Assembly (NCBI GenBank): GCA_951406725.2
Contig: OX597817.1
Location: 115,754,001-115,818,000, forward strand
Source: Octopus vulgaris
Taxonomy: Eukaryota
DNA: 64,000 nt
Direction: 5' to 3'
In this document: in pieces, positions 54,368-64,000 of the stretch
Numbering within the stretch: position 1 is the stretch's first letter
How the letters are laid out: each line of letters begins with the position of its first letter
Program-made: the position numbers and the translations under genes
Notes under the pieces: generated by a model
The model's database searches: none
What the model was told of the DNA's origin: nothing
The model's input: only the letters and a program-made list of their open reading frames with translations

Positions 54368-55040
54368 CAGTAGTAGTAGTAGTAGTAGTAGTAGTATTGT
54401 TATTATTATTATTACTATTGTTATCCAGGCGGTGAGCTGTGGGAATCGGTTGTTCACTGGATAAAATGTTTAGCTGCATTTCTTACAACTCTTTTCATTG
54501 AGTTCAAATGCCGTAGAGGTCGACTTTCAGTTTTATCTTTTCGGTGCCAGTAGAATAAGTACCAGTTGAGCACTGACGTCGATGTAAATTTCTGGCAACT
54601 TCTTCAACAAAAAAAATTTAGGCCTTGTGCTTACAGTAAAAAGAAAAGGCAACGAGCTGGCATCATCGTTAGGATGCCGGGCTAAATATTTAACCTTAGA
54701 TAGTAAATACGTTCCTAAGTATCCGAGCTGCTTACGTTCTTTTCCTGTCACTTATTACTTTGGGTTCTCTTTCCAAATAGAACTGCATCACTACCTTGTT
54801 CTCTTTGCTTGTCCATTTCCATCTCATTCCCATTGTCATTGTGAGCTAGCAGAATCATTAGCACGCCGGATCAAAATGCTTAGCGCTATTTCTTCTATAT
54901 TTATGTTCTGAGATCAAATTCGGAGGTCGACTTTGCCGTTCATCCTTTCGATCAATAAAATTACAAGTTGTGTAATTGGGTTGATGTAATCGACTATCCA
55001 CACACCAAAATTAAGGCCTTGTGCCTATCAGAGAAAGTAT
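53871..55040 (+). mobile_element. Cluster of SINE family A units (53871, 54078, 54427, 54646, 54840) with a (TTA)n/(TAG)n array at 54236-54420
   Basis: Repeated family A motifs in the same orientation. Confidence 0.85.
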
Positions 55041-55127
55041 TCTTCTTCTTCTTCTTCTTCTTCTTCTTCTTCTTCTTCTTCTTCTTCTTCTTCTTCTTCT
55101 TCTTCTTCTTCTTCTTCTTCTTCTTCC
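55040..55127. repeat. (CTT)n microsatellite
   Basis: Direct reading. Confidence 0.95.
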
Positions 55128-55533
55128 TAAATATGGTCTTTGTATGAGAAATGGTAGTGATTTAGAATAAAAAGGAGGATGATGCTTACATTTTTAAATA
55201 CTCAGGGACAGAAGAAAAGATAAGTAATCACACAGTAGTCGTAGATAGTAAAGCTTTTTTTGTTTCTTATTTCATTTTATTTTTATTTCTTATTATTGTT
55301 ATTATTAATATTATTATTAATAGTGTGATGATGATGATTGTCAGATGACCTCAGATTAATTCCTACCGTAAGGCAGTCATTAACAGTTAAATTGCACAAA
55401 AATTCAAGAAAAGTGAGGTGCCAAGTTTCTTCTTATTCGCTTTGAAGATTTTTAAGTAATAACATTGATAATTTGTTCTATAGTTAGGTATACAGATATA
55501 GATACATTAATCCACACACACGCACACACATGA

Positions 55534-55577
<44 letters not shown>

Positions 55578-57203
55578 CTACATACACACACACTTATATA
55601 ACCTTTACATCTATATAAATGTTTATATATATATGTTTATATATGTAAGTTTTTATATACGCACACACACTCACACACACATATATGTTTACATACACAC
55701 AAATATACATTCACATACGTATGTCTGTGCGCGCGCGTATGTGTGTGTGCGTGTGTGTGTGTCAGTTAATTCTGTATCACATAATTGACATTGGCACCGA
55801 TGAGGTGGTGCTTCATTTTTTGTACAAATTATATTTTTCACTGTCTAGACGGAATATGCTTTTGGCCAGAACCATTTTTAATAAAATTTCACAAAAAATT
55901 ATGATAATAATTTTTAACAAAGGAAATGATACATACATATGAGGTAAGTTTATATGTGACCAACCTAAATACTTGAATGATACATATTTGATCAAAGTTG
56001 GTTCCGACAGTATTTGAACCCAAAACCTCATGGAAGTTTGCATAATCCTGCAAGGATTTGTGATGATGCTCTACTATAAAAAACACAGCCTGCTCTGTAA
56101 TTAGTTCTCCAAACTTTATATAAATTATATACGAATACGTAAAAGAACGTTGCTATTATAATTTCCTATATATTAGTATGTGGCAAAGAAACTAAGACCT
56201 TATAAATAATTTTTCATAAATTGAGCCATGCAAATAACATAGATACTCATAAATAAAACATTATAGACATATTTTGATTCGATAGACGAGAAATTAAAAT
56301 ATAAGAGACCAATAAGATAAATGAAAACCTGTTTCTATCCGTGTAAGCATTTCTGACTCCTGATATTGCAGTGAAAAGAATTTACTAAACCGAACATGAA
56401 AATAAATTAGTAGCCAACGAGCGTGGAAAAACCTTTGAATAGCGTTATAATACAACTTAAGTCTGCCTTCTTGCATTAGTCACATTAAAGTCAGCATGCA
56501 TCAATTATTAGCAGTGATTTCTTGTTATTAATTTTTTAGTTAACAGTTAACTTGAAATAACACCGAAGTTAATATATCACTGAGTAAATCTAGGATCCTA
56601 AGAAGATTATTTGTGTGATATATCAACATATCAAAGCTGTTCACAATCTGGCAAAATATTTTTACTTGAGCAGCAAGTATTTTATACTCTTGCCTAATAA
56701 TTGCGCAGCTTCCTGTGTATAACATAGCTGATATATATAACATAGCATAAATATATTGAAATTTATATACTTTTGAAGAATGAGGAGAGTGATAATACAC
56801 GTATTTTGTAGGATTCCGTACAAAAATATTGCAAAATATTTATGGGCAATCCTATGTGTATTGAGCTGAATCTCTATCTAGAGCAAAGAATGATTCTTGG
56901 AGAAGTTCAAGGACAAAACATGTACCAGTTGTACATTAGGATTAACCGAATCAACTCTCCTTAAATTCTGTTCCGCTTAGCCAGTGCAATAAATAGATAT
57001 TGTGTGTGAACACGCCCGAAACGATATTACTGTTATAACGCGGCTAAAGACGAGAAATGCACAGCCTCTTACAGAGTTAATTCACATGGTAGAAATAGGT
57101 GCCAAATACTCTCACTTCATAAATCTCACTTCATAATCATAAAAAAAAAATCATGGCACATTGGTATTGGAATGGTCAGCATTGGAATACTTTTAATCTT
57201 ACA

Positions 57204-57412
57204 AGGCAGCTAGCTGGCAGAAACGATAGCACGCGAAGTACTTAGCGGTATTTCGTCTGTCTTAAGTTCTGAATTCAAATTCCGCCGAGGACGACATTGC
57301 CTTTCATCCTTTCGGGATCGAAAGATTAAGTGCCTGTTGCGTACTGGGATCGATCTAATCGACTGACTCCCTCTCCGAAAATGTCGGACCTTGTGCTTAG
57401 AGTAGAAAAGAA
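57204..57412 (+). mobile_element. tRNA-derived SINE, family A
   Basis: AGGCAGCTAGCTGGCAGAAACGATAGCACG...TTCAAATTCCGCCGAGG...GTGCTTAGAGTAGAAAAG. Confidence 0.8.
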
Positions 57413-58785
57413 TACATTTAATCTTATATCGTCTCAATAAAGGATGATCCAGAGCGAAATAACAACATAAATAACTCACACTAAATGCTAAATACTAAAC
57501 AGTATTTTAACATGATAAATGAATTGCAACATAAGCTATGGTGTTGTGGTTATCAAAGGCCTGAAGTTTCTCACCAAACATATCTTTTAGCGTTGATTTT
57601 TTTTCTTTCGTCTCTCAAAGTTTGCCTCTGCCTTTACCATTGCATGTTTCCTTTCAATTCTGACATGGTTTGTGTTACTCACTTCAGCTTTTTTTCACGG
57701 TTATGCTCGAAAGAGTTATCATCAGCAAAAGTCATTCTGTTTACTAAGATCAGACAAGTCAGAGCAACTTCAATGGTGCAGGCCAGAAGTTTCACACACC
57801 GTTCTCGGTTGTAACCACTTCTTTGTTACATACCATTACTCTTCTTACCTGTAACTCTTTCTCTTTACCTCCCCCTTTTCATCAGCTCTTTTTTCTTTTC
57901 CTGATTGCAGTATTATTTTTCCGTATCCTTTTGAATTGATCTGATGTTTACAAAATACAGACACACACAAATATGGAAATACAAACAATAACGTTATATA
58001 TTACAATCACTACCCAACGATTCTTCTTGTAATTGATATCTACATTTTTTACGAAGATTTCAGTATCTTTTTATAGCGGTTCACACTTGCTTAGTTCACT
58101 AGATGGGAATCTGTGCTTGCCTGTGTCGTGCTCAAAAGGGAAAAAAAAATTCAAATGGAACGTGGCATAAAAAAATTACAAAAATCTGCTACAGATAACG
58201 CTGCTTTTTATATTACCTTCATATTCAATAAATAATATATATAATAGTACATATGTTAAGGCACATAATTCTTGATCTCATTGAGCTGCAGCTTGTCTCA
58301 TATATAAGTTTTGGATTTTGATTTTTGTTTGTTTAATAGTGGAATTGTATTGTGGCGATGTAAAGTAAAAGTTGTTGAGATACGCACGTCAGTTGTATCA
58401 GATGAATTCAGTATCTGTTATATCGATATATAGTAATGTATGTTTGCATAGAGACACGGTTTTTTTTATATATTGACATCATGTGAGATTGGAAAATGAA
58501 AGGAAGTGAACATTCCGGATGTTACTCAGCAAGGTTTTTCAGGTATCCCACATGATCACACAAATCGCTTGTTAAATGTAAGAAAAGTATGTAGAATATT
58601 ATTATTATATATTTAGAAATATGACTATCACGCAATATGCTGTTTAGATGAAAATCTTATGTATCAGAGTGTAATTTATTTTACAACTAACCACTTATGC
58701 TATTATTCGATAAAAACCAAATCTATTGATAATGCAGTGATATACATACATAAATACATACATATATACATATATACATGTATGC

Positions 58786-58822
<37 letters not shown>

Positions 58823-58853
58823 TATCGGCATAAAAATATATAAATATTTATGC

Positions 58854-58890
<37 letters not shown>

Positions 58891-60099
58891 CGTATATATA
58901 TATATAAATGCACATACGCATACGCACACATGCACACATACACACAAACATATATGTATGTATATATATATATATACATGTTTGAGAAAGAGAGAGTGTG
59001 TGAGATAGAATAAGAAAGAGAATACAAATAGACATAGTGGCGCATAAACATAGAAAATCATGCTAGCAGAAACAGGTTTATGATATATGTACATCTTTTA
59101 TGCATAAGTGATGTGCTCTTAAAAAGAAGTACAATTTGAAAGGAATAATGTAGTAATAGCTAAATAAAATTCTTCCTCTCTGCAGTGCATATCTACCGAT
59201 CCGGAAACAATAAAATACAGAATTTTCTTGCCAAGAGAATACCAAAGGGAACGAACAAACATATGGAATTAAAAGACATATTTTTTTCTCCATTCAACTC
59301 CTTGGATAATAAATATAAAGCATGAAAACAATAAATTGCAGACTAGATATTCTAACTTAAAGGAACATATTACAAAGATAGAGAGATATTAGAGATATTA
59401 AATAAACACCGAAGCTGGAACATAACTGGATAGAAAGCATTTACAGGTTCATTTTCAAACAACTGATGCATATTAATAACTATAAATGTAAAGAATATAG
59501 AAGAATCACATTTACGAATTGAGCACAAAGAAAATATAGACTGAAAAGATTGGATATGAATTTGAATGAATGGATGATATTTTTCTATATACTTCCAGAT
59601 GGAAAATCGAAGAAAATATAGAAATGGGACAAGGCAGACTTAATTCAAGACAATAGGTATATCTTATATATACCTATTATATATACTAGTTTAGCCATGA
59701 CATCAATTCATAACAGTTATAGTTACTACTCGTCATAATCTTTCAGCAAACAGCATTTTTCTCACAATCTGTCTGTCTTCATTCGTTACGCTACAGAAAA
59801 TACGAAAATGAAATTTATAGTGATTTATTCATTTCTGGATTTTTTTTTTCATTCAGTTTTGAAAGCAAGAAAATCTTTTAGCAAATTTGCTAGATAATAT
59901 CTACTTCAAACATTAACTTTTACATGACGTCCACTTTCCTATTCCTTACTAATACTCGTTGAAAATATTAATTTATAGTATATTGGTATGTTTATGTCTA
60001 TCTACACCCCCAACACCCTCACATATACACACAGTTATATATAGAGAAAAGGGCGGAGAGAGAACCCGATGTGTCTGGAGGAGGTGATAGGAATATGAC

Positions 60100-60400
60100 C
60101 TTCACAGATCATCATAGACCAGTCAATCTGAAACCAAAAACACTTCTCATAAACATTCAAGAACGATATGAGCAGGTTTAGAATTCCACAGGGCTGCGGC
60201 TGTTGAAAGGAATGACTTGCCGTAGTGATTAGTATGGTTGATTGGCACAGTACAGGTAGTGAGCAGAAGAGGTAGAACTAGGATACAAATGTCTGTGTGG
60301 AGATCGCATGAGCCCAACCAGCTGCGGGGATTAGAGATCATTATTAGCAAAGGAACCTGCTTGTGGTGAATAACCGTTTAAGTTAGCCAAAGTCCCTCTT
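60100..60400 (-). pseudogene. Old LINE (CR1/L2/Jockey-group) ORF2 C-terminal remnant
   Basis: TNHYGKSFLSTAAALWNSKPAHI resembles the SFxxRxxxLWNxLP motif. Confidence 0.55.
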
Positions 60401-60749
60401 CTGGTAGTCATGTAATATATCAGCCTGTGAAAAAATAGCCCCACCATAGATGTGAAAGCAATTTGCTGTTGTGAGTCTGACCAAAACATGTAAAAAAAAT
60501 AATTGCTGGTGGCTAAAATATCTGTTCTTTATTAACTATAAGGGCTTGAATAGACACCTTAAATTACAATGCATGTACAACATAGTCAATGCACGTGAAA
60601 CATAATGTGTCAAATGCGTGAATTATGTGAAGACGAGAGGTGTGGGGAAAGTTGTTATATAGTGAAAGTAGAAGGGATTTTTAACATTGCGAAAACAAAT
60701 AATTTTGCTGAGTAAATAAAAGAGTGTGGTAAACTGAAATGACAGATTA

Positions 60750-61990
60750 ATATGTATACCTAAGAGAAACACGGTAAACATATATGGGGTTTACCCGTAC
60801 ATGCGCAAATATCAATGGTAAGCAAAGTTAGAACATCTCTCATATTTCCTCGCCTGTCATTGCTCACACTCCGTTGTCGTGCATCAAGACGTATTCCTTA
60901 GCATTTTCTGTGTGGGTTCAGGAGATTTGTCTTTTGCATAAGCCTGCTTTTCTTCGTTTAATACATCTTCCATTTTTACAAGCGTCATGTTTTCCGACTG
61001 TTTTTAATATTCCAGTCATAAATTACTTCTCGATAATGAATTAATCTCCGCAAATTTGGGGTTCTGCTTTACATATCTAGTTCCATCTTCGAAGAGTGAT
61101 GCAATAAAATTCAATAGCCTTCTCCTTCTCCGCCTAGTCGGTATCGTCATTCTGATGATGGGCATAAATTTTGTTCCTAGGAGGGCGCCCTTCCTCACCA
61201 TTTTTCGTCGTTTTTGGTTTTATAAACAGTTCTTTCTCATTCTCACTTTTGTTTTCAAGCCAAGAGTTTAGGAACATATTCATCACACCCATCTTTTCAC
61301 ATGACAAAGAGGCGCAGCTGCTTGTGCTGCTGACCAGGGTCATGAAGACCGGGATTACTGTTGTGGTTTCTGATGCGGCATGCTCTTCTCTTTCATTCCC
61401 TCATTACTGTCACCTTTGGCTATGCTGAGAAATAGGTACATAGGCTTTTTGGATAGTTGGTAAAAGAAAAAATGTAGAGGTTTACTCTACTAGTTTTGAA
61501 CTATTGAGTAAGAAAGCTGTTGAAATGACATTCTCTCTATCAGGATGTGGTTCACGTTCTCTCTGTTTTAATTTTGTCTTCTTTGTCGCCTTTTTTAGCA
61601 TAGGATAAGACAAATGTAATATACTAGATCTATTAACAGACATATACCAAATTCATGCTTTAGTCACTATATTATTTTATTCATTTCCAGGAATATAATT
61701 TTACTTAATTTGAATTCTTCTAATAATCGGAAGAATATTATTTTAATGGAGACTGCTTTTCTTAATAGATACTGATTTTCTAATATAGTTCTAGTTAATT
61801 CATTCTGTCTTCCTTTATTAACTGAGTTGTACCTAGCGACATAGCTCATTAAATTACGATTCTATTTTGACATGAAGAATTAAACTAGATAGATCTGGTA
61901 ATCCTGTCTTTCCATCCCCTTGACACAAACACATGTCAATAAAATGGTAGACAGTGAGACTGAGTGTGCTGCTATAAAAACTTACACTTT
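60750..61990 (-). pseudogene. Possible piggyBac-like transposase remnant
   Basis: Scattered minus-strand peptides YHFIDMC, LEEFKL, IRLDAR, CACTGKPHICLPCF (Cys-rich C-terminus-like); heavily disrupted. Confidence 0.3.
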
Positions 61991-62427
61991 ATTGCAATAT
62001 ATACTGTATATAGCAAAGGCCTTCTACCTTTCAATAGAATATAATGGACTATAATTTTTCTCTTTTTCTCGTATTTAATTCGATAAGTTGAAGCATCGAT
62101 TAAATATGAATACTGCAATATGAGACAAATGGATCATGCCAGTGTATTTGAAAGGCATGTAAGCTAAATAAATCGTTCGACGGCGCATTTTCATTCTGTA
62201 TCTATTTTCCCAAAATACATTGTTTAATACACTGAATTTTGATTGATGTTAGGATTCGCAAATTGGACCTGTCACGGGAGATGAATCACAACATATGTTG
62301 AATACTGTGGTAATAGTTGGATAATTTAGTTATCCGGGTTCGAATTCTAGTGGGTGCTTAAAGCAGTATTCGCCTGAATTTATTTAATCACTACTTTCCT
62401 TCATGATATATATATATATATATATAT

Positions 62428-62800
62428 TATCTTACTTGTTTCAGTTCGCTCACTGCGGTCATGCCTTCAGGAATTTTATTGGAATGAATCGACAACGCTG
62501 TTTATTTTTTTTAAAATCGGGTTCTTAGCCTACCGGTCCCTTTTGCCGAGTCACTAAGTTACGGGGACGTAAACACACCGACACCGGTGGCAGACAAACA
62601 CAGACAAAAACACACATCAAACACACACGTCACTCACATTCATACGATGGGATTCTTTCAGTTTCTCTTTACTAAAGGCGTACACAGGGTTTTGGTCTAC
62701 CCGAGGCTATATGTGAACAGTTATTGCAAGTGCCACGCACTGGGATTGAACTCTGAACCACGTGGCTGGAAGCAAACTGTTTAGTGCACAACTACAGTTG
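62428..62800 (-). mobile_element. SINE family B (diverged)
   Basis: Reverse complement of the family B body. Confidence 0.75.
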
Positions 62801-62839
62801 CTCATACGCACACACACACACACACACACACACATATGT

Positions 62840-63062
62840 GAAAGCGCATGGCTCATTGGTTAAAGCGTCAAACGTAAGGTTGTGAGTTCGATTCCCGAAC
62901 CGGGCTGCGTGTTGTGTTCTTGAGCAAGACACTTTATTTCACTTGCTCGAGTTCACTCAGCTGTAGGAATGATTTGCTACGTCACTGGTGCCAAGCTGTA
63001 TCCGTCTTTGACTTTCCCTTAGATAACATCGGCGACTACTGGTCTTCCATAAAAACAACCCT
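62840..63062 (+). mobile_element. tRNA-derived SINE, family C
   Basis: TGGCTCATTGG (A box-like), GAGTTCGATTCC (B box-like); 3' part also resembles 53700-53810. Confidence 0.75.
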
Positions 63063-63087
63063 AGGCTGTGCGTATAGTTCAAATATA

Positions 63088-63470
63088 TCTCTTTTACTCT
63101 TTTACTTGTTTCAGTCATTTGACTGCGGCCATGCTGGAGCACCGCCTATAATCGAGCAACTCGACCCCGGGACTTATTGTTTTGTAAGCCCAGTACTTAT
63201 TCTATCGGTCACTTTTGCCGAACCGCTAAGTAACGGGGACATAAACATACCAGAATCGGTTGTCAAGCAATGCTAGGGGGACAAACACAAACACACACAC
63301 GCATATATATACATATATACGACGGGCTTCTTTCGGTTTCCGTCTACCAAATCCACTCACAAGTCTTTGGTCGGCCCGAGGCTATAGTAGAAGACACTTG
63401 CCCAAGGTGCCACGCAGTGGGACTGAACCCGGAGCCATGTGGTTGGTAGGCAAGCTACTTACCACACAGT
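63088..63470 (-). mobile_element. SINE family B (near full length)
   Basis: Close reverse complement of 27640-28030. Confidence 0.88.
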
Positions 63471-63875
63471 GCCGATACATATATTTCAAATATATATATA
63501 TATATTTCAAATATACCCCAGTCCTGAATACAATCCAACTGCAGTTCTGTCAAATCTGTTTGTTTCTGTTTTTACCCCAGTCTCCTTACATTCACTAACC
63601 ACGCAGGAATGCGTAACCGACATCAAAAGAACGACAACTAGTACAACATCATTATCAAAAGAATTACTACATTTTCATCATCATCATCATCATCATCTTC
63701 TTTATTATTATTATCATCATCATCATAATTATCATTATGTTATCATTATTTTTGTAATTCTCTGCTATAATCATCGCAAGTCATGTAAATCTGTTGGATG
63801 TTTCACAAACAATACCCTGGCATATTAAACGTTTTTAAGTTGGAAGTACGGAAAATATATATATATATATATATA

Positions 63876-64000
63876 GGGGGATTTCACGAAAAAAAAAACA
63901 AAAGACGAAGACAGATGGTGTACAAAACAAACAGATGTATTAGTATAACGCTCAGGAATAGAAAAAAGTCTTTTACGTTTCGAGCCTACACTCTTCTACA
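63876..64000 (-). mobile_element. PLE-like terminal repeat fragment, cut by the window end
   Basis: Minus strand TGTAGAA-gagtgtaggctc-GAAAC-gt...gagcGTT; abuts (TA)n; related to 8730-8915. Confidence 0.5.

Noticed and set aside
57485-57854. 109-aa ORF in unique sequence
   Set aside because: No motif or splice support; within chance expectation.
61650-61760. LLEEF...YIPGNE resembling a gypsy RNase H end
   Set aside because: Needs a frameshift and has no flanking RT or integrase signal; surrounding peptides fit piggyBac about as weakly.
62840-62910. tRNA-like A and B boxes (also in SINE families A and B)
   Set aside because: These are SINE heads that continue into SINE bodies; no complete cloverleaf.

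Overview
AT-rich eukaryotic DNA, saturated with microsatellites, with no recognisable host protein-coding gene; nearly all listed ORFs are translations of simple repeats. The dominant tRNA-derived SINE families resemble, from recall, those of Octopus, so this is probably octopus intergenic or intronic DNA. Transposon content: decayed Tc1/mariner, hAT, Helitron, Helentron and possible piggyBac pieces; Tx1/L1 and CR1-group LINE 3' fragments; a Dong/R4-clade LINE inside a (TAA)n array; and a Penelope-like element (PLE) fragment with a GIY-YIG domain. The main signal is a set of about 10 type I hammerhead ribozyme (HHR) motifs from several non-coding repeat families. Several lie in outward-facing inverted duplications next to (TA)n, including a ~4.4-kb palindrome (17304-21771) with a HHR at each end. 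One HHR-like fold (45390-45440) has a swapped G3-C8 core pair. All folds were read by eye and none is experimentally validated. Boundaries of decayed repeats are approximate.
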